DNA of 64,000 nucleotides from Puniceicoccales bacterium (GTDB lineage Bacteria; Verrucomicrobiota; Verrucomicrobiia; Opitutales; JAIRLM01): NCBI GenBank assembly GCA_031268795.1, contig JAIRWT010000008.1, positions 66,487 to 130,486 of the forward strand, read 5' to 3'. Shown piece by piece: positions 28,304 to 37,500 of this stretch (position 1 is its first letter; each line of letters starts with the position of its first letter). The notes under the pieces were generated by a model. It saw only the letters and a program-made list of their open reading frames with translations, ran no database searches and was not told where the DNA came from. The position numbers and the translations under genes were made by a program.

Positions 28304-28990
28304 TTATCCTGGTACTACATGTTTTTGAAGGGATTTTTCAATGGCTCTAAGTTGTATGTCCAGACTTGCATCAACGGTACCAATTTCCGTCTCGATAATA
28401 CAATCATCCATCTTCAGGCGTCCATCGGCAACGACCTCCACAAAAGGGGTATCGTCGTCTCCTGCCTTTGTGCTTTCACTTGTACTTTCGCGTACGGCCT
28501 GGGCTTGCTCCGGGTTTACGCGCACGGTAACCTTTTTTTGATTGCGAACGGCGGACAGCGCATTGTGAACAATCGCGCGTAACCGTTGCGCATTATCCAT
28601 TTCTCCGATAATTCGCTTAACGGAGCGCATGACAATGTTGACGATGCTTTCCTGGAATTTTTCAAAACCTTCCATTCTCTTGGCGGCGACGGATATCATT
28701 AAATCGGAAAGTTCCTGTTTGCCATCGGCCATCCCGGCTGCATGGCCCTTTTTACGCTCCTCTTCAAAGGCGGCCTTGGATCCGCCAACAATTTTTTTAG
28801 CCTCCGCTTGGGCATCGCTGATGAGCTGTTTTGCCTTTGTTTCTGCAGCAGACAAGGACTCTCGAATTAATGTTTCCGTTTCATCCACAATCTCCCCAAC
28901 GGACCCGAAGGCCATAAATTCCTCGGCGTGTAAAATTTTCTTGCCGGGAACAATTTGTATTTCTTTGTCGTCTTTTTTAAGCATCCACAT
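28304..28990 (-). CDS. sctL: type III secretion stator protein SctL (YscL/FliH-like)
   Basis: FliH/YscL pattern: a charged helical N-half (AETKAKQLISDAQAEAKKIV), the C-terminal block VTVRVNPEQAQAV...ETEIGTVDASLDIQLRAIEKSL, and its position after sctK. Confidence 0.8.
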   Translation of the reverse strand: MWMLKKDDKEIQIVPGKKILHAEEFMAFGSVGEIVDETETLIRESLSAAETKAKQLISDAQAEAKKIVGGSKAAFEEERKKGHAAGMADGKQELSDLMISVAAKRMEGFEKFQESIVNIVMRSVKRIIGEMDNAQRLRAIVHNALSAVRNQKKVTVRVNPEQAQAVRESTSESTKAGDDDTPFVEVVADGRLKMDDCIIETEIGTVDASLDIQLRAIEKSLQKHVVPG

Positions 28991-29675
28991 GATCGCCTCC
29001 TTGAGTACTATCCGGACAATACCGGGTTAAGAGATTTTGCAAAAATGTCCAAATGCGGTCAGTGAAACGCTTCCGGAACTGTGGAAAGGCCCAATTTTCG
29101 CCGGGGCGGAATTTGAGCTGGAAACGCATGAGTAGCGCCTCTGGGAGATCGCACAGGCACGCTGCTACGCAAAATTTCCCCGTGATTATCACGCGCGTTG
29201 GTAGCGATTTCCCCGTGCCGGGAAGCAGATCCAGGCGAATGTTCTTTGGTCGGAAAAAAATAGCTTTCCGCAGGGCAAAGCTGTAGATTTCGTCCCCAAT
29301 TCCGCGGAGAAGTTCCTCACGTTCTTTTTTCAAAATAGTGTGCCTGACCTCATCGGCGCAGATGGCGACACCGGCAAATTTCGCAAGTCTACGAATTGTA
29401 TTCGCGGACGCATAGAGTAGCTGTTGCCTTGGAAGAAGTGGCGGGAGAACAATTTCGCGGTCTAAATTTAATTGTGTCAAAAGATAATCATTTAACGCAT
29501 CCCATCCGCGGCGGGTTTGCATGATTGCGCCCTGTACTTCAGCTTCAGGAATCCATTGGCGAAGGCGAACCGGATTCAGATAGCGAATGGGTTCGTAGAG
29601 GAACTGTAGCACCTTCGCCGCCAAAGGCATGTTCGACGTTAAAAAGGGCTCAAACTCTACGGCATTGGCACACAT
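28977..29675 (-). CDS. sctK: type III secretion protein SctK (YscK-like), assigned mainly by position
   Basis: 232 aa, lying between sctJ and sctL and overlapping sctL by 14 nt. The size and position match YscK. Sequence-level support is weak. Confidence 0.55.
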   Translation of the reverse strand: MCANAVEFEPFLTSNMPLAAKVLQFLYEPIRYLNPVRLRQWIPEAEVQGAIMQTRRGWDALNDYLLTQLNLDREIVLPPLLPRQQLLYASANTIRRLAKFAGVAICADEVRHTILKKEREELLRGIGDEIYSFALRKAIFFRPKNIRLDLLPGTGKSLPTRVIITGKFCVAACLCDLPEALLMRFQLKFRPGENWAFPQFRKRFTDRIWTFLQNLLTRYCPDSTQGGDHVDA

Positions 29676-29689
29676 TATATCCTCACTTG

Positions 29690-30550
29690 CTATTCCGCTT
29701 CCGGTTCAATTTTTTCTGGAGATTCGGCGGGTTTTTCTCCTTCGGAAGTTTCTTCCGGCACAATCGCAGAAGCTTTACGACGCTCCTTTTCATCCCGCTT
29801 GACGGTCATATAGTCGTAAAGAATTTTAGCGCCGACGAAGGATATGGCGGCAACGGCTGCTACCACAATGAGCAGAAGAAGCAGGAATACCCAAATGGAT
29901 GAATGGGTCATATGAATCCCTAGGAAATTAATCATCTGATTTCCCTCGGAAATTACATCGCTTACGACCGGAGCCTGAAATAAGGCAACGGAAACCTTGT
30001 CGTAGCTTAACCCCTCAATGCTGTTGGTAACTAGATTTTTAATATCGCGTACGGAGTCCTCTATATTCGTACCCTGTCGATAGAGGATAAAGACCGATGC
30101 GGAGGATGGCGTGATGGCTTCCGTGAAATTATTGGTTGTCGGAAGAACGATGTTCACTCTGGCGGTAACGACGCCAGTGATGTGGCTAATTGTCTCTGAA
30201 ATGCTCTCCGAAATGGCATACATGAAGCGGGCGCGCTCCTCCGTTGGCGAGGAAACCAATCCGGATTTCTGAAAAACCTTTCCCAGCGTGGAAAAATCAT
30301 CCCTTGGATAACCAAAGAGATTCAAAATCTCCACGGCGTTGGAAAAATCTGTGTTGGCAACCATAACCGTCCACATGTTTTCCGCCCCGGCAATTTTTCC
30401 GACTTCCATATTGCGCGTGCGCAAAATTGAAATCATTTCGTTTGCCTGCCGCTCTGAGACGTTGGAGTAGAGTGGAGACTTCCCGCAACCGGTTACCGCC
30501 AATAACAAGGCTCCCAGAGCCAAATTTCGAAGTTTTTTACCAATTTTCAT
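29690..30550 (-). CDS. sctJ: type III secretion inner-membrane ring lipoprotein SctJ
   Basis: Lipobox LAVTGC. Blocks ERQANEMISILR, AVEILNLFGYPR, GLVSSPTEERARFMYA and GVVTARVNIVLP track YscJ/PrgK closely. It ends with a C-terminal TM helix and a charged tail. Confidence 0.92.
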   Translation of the reverse strand: MKIGKKLRNLALGALLLAVTGCGKSPLYSNVSERQANEMISILRTRNMEVGKIAGAENMWTVMVANTDFSNAVEILNLFGYPRDDFSTLGKVFQKSGLVSSPTEERARFMYAISESISETISHITGVVTARVNIVLPTTNNFTEAITPSSASVFILYRQGTNIEDSVRDIKNLVTNSIEGLSYDKVSVALFQAPVVSDVISEGNQMINFLGIHMTHSSIWVFLLLLLIVVAAVAAISFVGAKILYDYMTVKRDEKERRKASAIVPEETSEGEKPAESPEKIEPEAE

Positions 30551-30553
30551 GTT

Positions 30554-30952
30554 TTACCCCTGATTCCGGAATAGCGTTTGTGCGCCCTGGGATAGTTTAT
30601 CCGCCGTTTTCGACATTAAATCATTCATATAACCGAGCTGCACCAATTGAAATTGGACAGAAAAAAGATCTGCCATCGAAATATTTCCATTGGATGCAAG
30701 GACTGAAATGTTCGCGGTAATTTCACTAAACCCTTGTCTATATTCATAGAGCGGCTGCAATATTCTATCATATATGCTTGCCCGTTGTGTCTGCGAACTT
30801 TTATCGACCGATTCCGCCGCTTCAGGTGATGCGTTGAGTGCCACCTGAAATTGTGAAACATCTCCAAGCCGAACCGCCCCAAATGGCTGTGATTGACCAG
30901 CAGCCCCACCGTCTTGCATCGCCGCAACCGCGACTACAGGTTCTCCCGCCAT
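30554..30952 (-). CDS. sctI: type III secretion inner rod protein SctI
   Basis: 132 aa. The C-terminal pattern ADLFSVQFQLVQLGYMNDLMSKTADKLSQGAQTLFRNQG resembles YscI/PrgJ, and the gene sits directly upstream of sctJ. Confidence 0.7.
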   Translation of the reverse strand: MAGEPVVAVAAMQDGGAAGQSQPFGAVRLGDVSQFQVALNASPEAAESVDKSSQTQRASIYDRILQPLYEYRQGFSEITANISVLASNGNISMADLFSVQFQLVQLGYMNDLMSKTADKLSQGAQTLFRNQG

Positions 30953-30967
30953 TTCAACACTCCATTC

Positions 30968-31414
30968 CTATTTAAATTTTTTGCGACGTAAATAACTGAA
31001 ATCTTCCGTTTTGAGCTGCCGCGCAAATTCCATCGCCTGTGGATCCGTCCCGTCAGCAATGACTTCATCAAGCAGCGTATCACTGGCCTTAAACTCGCCG
31101 GATATGCGAAAAATCATGGCCGCAACCGCTTTGATGGTCTGATTATTCGGGTTAATGCGTGCTGCTTGATTCACGAGAATATCACAGGCCGACGTTAATT
31201 TTCCAATATGGATATATGAAAATGCTAAACCGATGAGCGGCAATTCACTGTTAGGACGTACGGCGGCAATTCCTTCGAAAATAACTTTCGCCAATGACGG
31301 AAATCCATGTCCGCATGCCACATATCCAACCTGCATCAGGAGCTGCAAAACCTCCGATTGAACCTCCATAAATTCCGTTGGAACTACATCGGTGGAATGC
31401 TGTGCCGAATTCAT
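30968..31414 (-). CDS. sctG: TPR-like needle co-chaperone (YscG/PscG-like)
   Basis: 148 aa, all-helical and TPR-like (LLMQVGYVACGHGFPSLAKVIFEGI...). It occupies the yscG slot immediately after the needle gene. Confidence 0.6.
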   Translation of the reverse strand: MNSAQHSTDVVPTEFMEVQSEVLQLLMQVGYVACGHGFPSLAKVIFEGIAAVRPNSELPLIGLAFSYIHIGKLTSACDILVNQAARINPNNQTIKAVAAMIFRISGEFKASDTLLDEVIADGTDPQAMEFARQLKTEDFSYLRRKKFK

Positions 31415-31420
31415 TGCGTG

Positions 31421-31699
31421 CTAACGAATGTTTTGTGTCGTTTTTGTCAATGCGTCACCGGCGGCGCGTAATGTACCAGTCGCCAAGCCAGAAACAACGC
31501 CCCAGCTTTGCACCATCCCCTGCACCCGCAACAGCGAACCCTGATCCACACTGGCGCCATCCCCGGCGATTCTGTCAATTTCATTGTTTAGATCATCCTC
31601 CTGGGCGGCAACTACTTCCCCCAAAACTCTGTACAGCCTATTTAATGTGGAGCACGATCCATTTGTTTCTGTCCAAAGCTCACTACTTTCTAAACTCAT
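31421..31699 (-). CDS. sctF: type III secretion needle filament protein SctF
   Basis: 92 aa helical hairpin protein. The C-terminus ...AAGDALTKTTQNIR resembles the conserved needle-subunit tail (cf. ...IIRNFR / ..QNFR). Confidence 0.75.
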   Translation of the reverse strand: MSLESSELWTETNGSCSTLNRLYRVLGEVVAAQEDDLNNEIDRIAGDGASVDQGSLLRVQGMVQSWGVVSGLATGTLRAAGDALTKTTQNIR

Positions 31700-31730
31700 A
31701 AAAAATCCCCCTAGTTAAGCGATTCCATTT

Positions 31731-31955
31731 TTAACCACGAAACCCCTTTACAACTCTTATCCCCGCCTCCAGGGATTTAACAAAGCGACTGTACCCATGG
31801 AATCGATGACTGTCAAGCCCTTCCCGTAGGATTTGCCGCACATTTCCAAGTTCTTGGTAAAAAAAATTTTCCACCTGCTTCCGTCGGGCCGGATCTCGCA
31901 GTTCCCGTTCCAGTGGAACCATGCTAATTCCAATTTTCGAACCCCTTGTGTTCAT
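31731..31955 (-). CDS. sctE: YscE-like needle co-chaperone
   Basis: 74 aa. ..REGLDSHRFHGYSRFVKSLEAGIRVV.. parallels YscE ..GGDAKQYQVWQRESKALESAIAII.. There is an ATGA start/stop overlap with sctD. Confidence 0.55.
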   Translation of the reverse strand: MNTRGSKIGISMVPLERELRDPARRKQVENFFYQELGNVRQILREGLDSHRFHGYSRFVKSLEAGIRVVKGFRG

Positions 31956-33331
31956 TGGAGTGCCTCCAGGCGCAAGGCAAGTTGTGTGCCATTGCGACTA
32001 AATTTTAATCCACTGGCATCGATGGCATCGATCCGCCATCCGCTAGCAAGAAAAGATCCTTCAAAGTATTTCTTCCCGTCGCGGGTCGTTACCCAACTCA
32101 TGCCCGAGGAGCCGATTGTGATGGCCTGGATTGGTTGCGCAAAGAGGCTATTTCCCGCCGGATCCGATTGGGCGGATTGGGACTGTACATCAAAGGTAAC
32201 GGGAATGATGTTGGCGAAAGTTTGGATGATATCCTCGGCCGCCATTCGCCATTTTTCCGCTAACAAAGCGCTCACCGCACCGCGAAATATCACTCGGCCT
32301 GATTCCGGGAAAACCGAAATGTGCTCGCGGAGCCCGTACTCATCCAGCGTCGTATGGGCAAGCGTTTGCACGCTTTCCGGTGTCATAATGTCGGAATTAA
32401 TTTTTTTCACTCCGGGGATGTCCTGATCGAGGCGGCCCCGGATGCGCTGCCATCGTTCCGTATTGTGCACATAGCCTGCAATGGAATACACGCCGGGCGT
32501 AATTGGGACTACACGAACGGCCCCATCAATGTCCCGGACAGAATCCTCGATAGCCTGAATGATCCGCTCTTCGCTGCGAACATTAAATTGGATGGCGGTT
32601 GTAATCTGTAATAATTCATTCTTCAGTGTCCGCAATTGGGCATTCGTTGGAACATAGCCCTCGACGATAATCCGTCCAGCTTCCACGCGCACATCAACGT
32701 TGGCCCGATGATCCAAATTGGCAATTTCTGCACGAATGATTTTTTCATTCTCGACGAGGTTGGGCTTATTTCTGTCCGGAAGAAGCATGAGAACGACAAG
32801 CCCGCCAACAAGCACTCCAATGCCGGAAAATATAATTCGTCGCAACTTCCTGCGCTCCATCTCCCCGACGGCCTTTTGGGTTGCTGTGGCGCTCCCGTCG
32901 ATGGACGCTGGGTCACCAGCCGTATCCGGTGGCATTTCCAGCGGTTTTTCAAGGGGAGGAGCGTCGGCGAGGGAGAGCGATGGCCATTCCGCGTCCGTTG
33001 CCCCGGCGACAATTTGCGTTGTTCCAATGGTCACAAACTGAAAGGCCGGAACATTCACAAATTCCGTGGTGACCAATTTCCCGTTGAGGAAAACTTGTCC
33101 GTCAAGTGGCTTCAAGTGCAGTTCCCCACCGTCGTAGCGGAAGGCTGCATGCTTTCGCGCCGCTAGCACATCCGCCAAAACCAGATCGCAGGAATCGTCA
33201 CTCCCGATGGTCACCTCCTGATCGTGTTCATCCAGCTCAACTTCCGCCCCCGCATGAGGGCCAGAGAGGAGCCGCAAAAGGAAGGAATGCGACGTTTTAC
33301 CTTCTTTCTCGATTGCCGTATCATCCATCAT
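31952..33331 (-). CDS. sctD: type III secretion inner-membrane ring protein SctD (FHA-like N-domain)
   Basis: N-terminal FHA-like domain (LLRLLSGPHAGAEVELD...VTIGSDDSCDLVL...HLKPLDGQVFLNGKLV), a single TM helix (IIFSGIGVLVGGLVVLMLL) and a periplasmic ring-building region. The start is either the ATG at 33331 or the GTG at 33367. Confidence 0.8.
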   Translation of the reverse strand: MMDDTAIEKEGKTSHSFLLRLLSGPHAGAEVELDEHDQEVTIGSDDSCDLVLADVLAARKHAAFRYDGGELHLKPLDGQVFLNGKLVTTEFVNVPAFQFVTIGTTQIVAGATDAEWPSLSLADAPPLEKPLEMPPDTAGDPASIDGSATATQKAVGEMERRKLRRIIFSGIGVLVGGLVVLMLLPDRNKPNLVENEKIIRAEIANLDHRANVDVRVEAGRIIVEGYVPTNAQLRTLKNELLQITTAIQFNVRSEERIIQAIEDSVRDIDGAVRVVPITPGVYSIAGYVHNTERWQRIRGRLDQDIPGVKKINSDIMTPESVQTLAHTTLDEYGLREHISVFPESGRVIFRGAVSALLAEKWRMAAEDIIQTFANIIPVTFDVQSQSAQSDPAGNSLFAQPIQAITIGSSGMSWVTTRDGKKYFEGSFLASGWRIDAIDASGLKFSRNGTQLALRLEALQ

Positions 33332-33475
33332 AAATAGATCTCTCGGCGAAGTTACGGATCTCAGCACGCAATGTCAACGTGGATTTGCGGTTGGTCAAAT
33401 CCAGTGTGAAATATGTTTTCGCTCTTTTCCGCTGGAAATCAACCATCCGATTTCCATTTCAATAAGAGAAAAAGC

Positions 33476-34423
33476 ATGCTCGCAACAAAAACGATTGAGA
33501 AAAAAACGTTAATTATTCTTGGCAGTGGCTGCGCCGGCTTAACGGCGGCCATCTACTCCGCACGTGCCGCACTGCGGCCATTGGTCATTGACGGAAATCA
33601 GCAGGGGGGCCAGCTGACGACAACGACGGACATTGAAAATTTTCCAGGTTTTCCCGATGGAATTGGCGGATATGATTTAGTTGATCGCATGCGTAAGCAG
33701 GCGGAACGATTTGGCGCCACATTTGCCAGCGATCACATTCATAGTATGCGCCAGGAAAACGGCATCTTCTGCCTGGAAGGAATCACGACCACCTATGAAG
33801 TCCGGGCAATTATCGTTGCAACCGGAGCCTCACCCTGCCCGCTAAACATTCCCGGTGAAACTAAGTACTTTGGAGGTAATGGCGTAAGTGTTTGCGCCAC
33901 ATGTGATGGTGCGTTTTACCGCGGGAAGGAGGTGGCTGTCATCGGCGGCGGAGATTCCGCCGTCGTGGAGGCGATTTTTCTAACTCGCTTTTGCTCTAAG
34001 GTTTATCTCATTCATCGGCGGAACACCCTGCGTGCATCGGTGCCAATGATCCAACGAGTAATGGACAATCAAAAAGTTCAAATTATTTGGGACAGTGTTT
34101 TGGTCGAAATTTTAGGGGATGGACAGCGCGTTACCGGGTTGCAAATTCGCAACGTGAAAACAGGCGTTGAGCAACGTTTGCCATGTCATGGTGTATTTAT
34201 CGCCGTTGGACATAAGCCAAATTCCGATTTTGCCACCGGAACGATTCCGCTTGACGCGAAAGGGTATTTCATTGCACGGGCGGACGATGCCAGCCGTAGT
34301 CCGGTGGAGGGTGTTTTTTTGGCCGGTGACTGCTCGGACTCCTTGTATCAACAGGCCATCATCGCCGCCGGCGCCGGCGCAAGGGCTGCCATCGCTGCCG
34401 AGCGATGGCTAATGGAGTTATAA
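33476..34423 (+). CDS. trxB: thioredoxin-disulfide reductase
   Basis: FAD motif ILGSGCAGLTAAIY, redox-active CATCDG and NADPH motif VIGGGDSAVVEA. The start is at the internal ATG at 33476. Confidence 0.92.
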   Translation: MLATKTIEKKTLIILGSGCAGLTAAIYSARAALRPLVIDGNQQGGQLTTTTDIENFPGFPDGIGGYDLVDRMRKQAERFGATFASDHIHSMRQENGIFCLEGITTTYEVRAIIVATGASPCPLNIPGETKYFGGNGVSVCATCDGAFYRGKEVAVIGGGDSAVVEAIFLTRFCSKVYLIHRRNTLRASVPMIQRVMDNQKVQIIWDSVLVEILGDGQRVTGLQIRNVKTGVEQRLPCHGVFIAVGHKPNSDFATGTIPLDAKGYFIARADDASRSPVEGVFLAGDCSDSLYQQAIIAAGAGARAAIAAERWLMEL

Positions 34424-34509
34424 GCAAAATGGTTATGCGCGGGGAGTTTCGCTTTGCGTTGAATGGCGTTGACAAGATTGAAATGCAATAGGAGATTATA
34501 CGCAGTATA

Positions 34510-37500
34510 ATGGATGCCGGAATTACATACACCGCCAGAGTCAATGCTCATCTCGAACACTTGGCGGCTTTGAGCACATATGAAGTGGTGTCCTTTGTGA
34601 CGCACGTAGAATTATTTTTTGCCTATAGAGCTCGTGTCGCAGCCGCTGCCGCAATCTATAACATCTTTGCCGGCGCACTGTCCGCATTACGGGATGTGAC
34701 GAAAGGTTCCCTGGAAGATGTGGAATTGCGCGCGAATGCAATTGAGTTGTTACAACAAATCGGATGTGGGCATACGCGGGAAGATTTGGATAGGATGACG
34801 TTGGACGAACTTATGGAAGTCCGCAAGCAAGTATTACAGTCCTCTGCTGATTCTTACCGGCAATATGTTTGTGCTATCAATAATATGCGTATATGCATTG
34901 CCTCCTCATCCCAAGTGCCGAAGAGCGGCAATCCTGTGGCAATTGCTTTTCATATCTGCGCGTGGACGTTTTTTGGTACGGTAATATGCTATTTCGTGCT
35001 GTCTCCCGTTTTTAATGACTTCCTCGGCAAGACGAAATCCATGGGCTCTGCGCTTTTCGAAGTTGCGGCAATGGAGCCGGAAAAGCCATTTGATCTCAAG
35101 CCATATTGCGATTTTACGCATAAGCATATAAATGCTGATGGTATTACGGAATTGCAAAAAGCCGCTAGGAGCTTGGTTGACCGAATACAAAACGATGCTA
35201 TATCGGTAAAGCCCTCGGATCATAATGCCCAGAACGCTTTTCCGGTTTTGGCGCCAGCGGTGGATGCAACTCCGGATGAATGGGCGGCATTTTATGATAC
35301 TTGCGGATGTAAATTTGCTCGCAGAGAAGACATTTTTACAAAAGCGGAGGATATACCACCGCTGACGGAATGCACGGCAAATGCCATAGCACAGCAACTT
35401 ATAGACGTCCCATCGCGGCACTATGATTATAATGGGTTCAAATGCATGATGTGTAGAATTTTGTGTTTGCCCAGTATGGATTCCGAGCAAATGCGACATC
35501 CGACGGAAGATGTCCGGGCAAGGGTGACAGGCTTTATAATTGCTTGTGGTGCTGCGGCAACGGCGGTCGGAGACGAATCCGTGCATCACAGATTGCGAGG
35601 AATTTGCGACGACCTTTTCTTCGCTTGTAATCTTTCCGGGTTGATTCCTGGCCATTATATCGAAAGACGATATAAGGAAAATCACCAGGAATTAAAATTT
35701 TCGCAATTTCGGTGCTCTCGTTTTTCCCCAAAGGTTCACCATGACATGGGCGGTGAGGCCAGTACCCAACAGGAAGCCATAGAGCAATATCCTCGATATG
35801 CATTTATGCAGTACGTTGATGATTTTGATGCGTATACCAGAGCCATAGAAGATAATTTTAGCGTTTACGCGCAGGATAGCGAAGCACTGCACCTCATTAG
35901 TTCCTGTTTCCATGAGCATCATGGCATGCACGATAGGGCGTCCTCGTGGATGAGGGGGTTTGTTAAACGGCGAATGAGGCACTGGGAAGCTGTGCCAAAT
36001 TCAAACAGCTTGCACCAAGTTTGTTCGGCGTTGGAGCTCCTCTTGGTATGCGGTGCTGAGTCGAATTCGGATATTGAGCTGCCTTGGGATGGATTGCCAA
36101 ATGACTTGGATGAGCAGATTAGTGGTTGGCCGCGCGATGCGAGTGGGAGAATGGGCATTATGGAACAGCGCCTACTTCTGGTGTGGGGTGTGGTCAAATT
36201 TCGCTTTGGCAAACCCCTTACCGCCCTCGAACGCGAATCTTTAGCCGTAATAAGCATCGATCCATGCAATGGAATCTTTCCGCACATGTACAATTTGCCG
36301 GCTCAGGTTGATATTCCGAATCAGCCTGTTGCATCCGTGGGATGCGATATTGCTGCCGACTACCGCAAGAATGGGCTTTTTCATCCGGACGTATTTTTTT
36401 GCATTCCATGCGTTCGAAACCCGTTTGATAATATTTCCAAGGATAGATTCGAGGCTTTTGGACTGCAAATTCCGCCTGGCGTTGAGATAGATTGGAGAAA
36501 TGGAGTGTTGCTTGGCAGAGACGGACGCACGCTCAAGCCATCGGGAGAAAATCCAGAAATTTTAATGTATTTCGTGAACCGCTTTAGAGGCAGCCAATTT
36601 AGCTATTGCCAAGAGGATTTTTTTGGCGAAAAGGCATTTGAAACACGCGGGACAGAAGTATTAGTTGATGGTATTGTATCCATTGACATGATATCCGGAA
36701 TAGCACGGCATAGGGATGCTGGAGAATTCGTTGATTTACACATGCCTAGACTTTCTCGAAAATTAGTAGCTTTCCGCAAGAAAAACGATGCCGGGAAAGA
36801 AGTTGTAAGGTTTTTCTCGTTATATAATCTCAATGACGAAATATTCCGCATGGAAGATGGAGAGCTTCGTTCGGCAACAAATCCGGAATGGACAATAGCG
36901 CCTTGTTTCGCGGATACATCCAAGAAAATCGGTGCCGCCTTAGATATTGATATGCCGCCCGAAGCCATGGTGGCATTTGACGAAGAGGGTAACGTTATGG
37001 AAATTATTCCAACCTGGCAAGAATGTGTGCATGCCACATCAGACGGCAATGTTCGATGCGGGATTCCGAGGTTTGTTCGGTCCGAAACCGGCGAAATGGA
37101 AGGGCGCGTTGACGGAGCGAAGAAAAGCTGGTGTCTTACATGCAATGAAGCTTTGAATAGGTCGCTTCCGGCGGAGCGCATCCCCGGAAAAGGTCTTTTA
37201 ATTTGTGCGGGAGGGCGTGTTTTAGTCTCGAACGACGATTGTGGAGGTTGGGACGTCGATGACATTTTAGAAGGCCGAAGAAGATTTGGACGAGAAATGG
37301 GTGAGTGGCTTTCTCTTAGCAAAGATCATGATGGGGCCGTGCAATTTGATGGCCGCATTTGGGACCATAATACACACTGGAAGATTCAAAATTTATGCAA
37401 AATAGACTTTTATAATAGGGAAAAGGCTATGCGACAATTAAGAACGGTCACCTCTTTTTGTGAAATCTCCGTTGAGGATCATTGGACTAGAAATTACCCA

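Noticed and set aside
29690-33367. Flagellar rather than injectisome origin of the ring/stator genes
   Set aside because: The cluster contains a needle subunit, an inner rod, YscE/YscG-like co-chaperones and an FHA-type SctD. There are no FliE/FlgB/FlgC/FliG-like genes, so the order matches the Ysc virC operon.
34469-34512. Sigma-70-like promoter for the giant gene (TTGACA at 34469; TATAAT at 34506-34511)
   Set aside because: The TATAAT overlaps the ATG itself, and the spacing from the TTGACA (about 31 nt) is wrong. No hexamer at 16-19 nt from the TTGACA is convincing, so I make no promoter call.
34906-35685. 259-aa minus-strand ORF inside the giant gene (likewise 36603-37322, 239 aa)
   Set aside because: It is antisense to a 9-kb uninterrupted ORF. 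The composition is R/S/C-rich and there is no independent support, which is typical of shadow ORFs in long genes.
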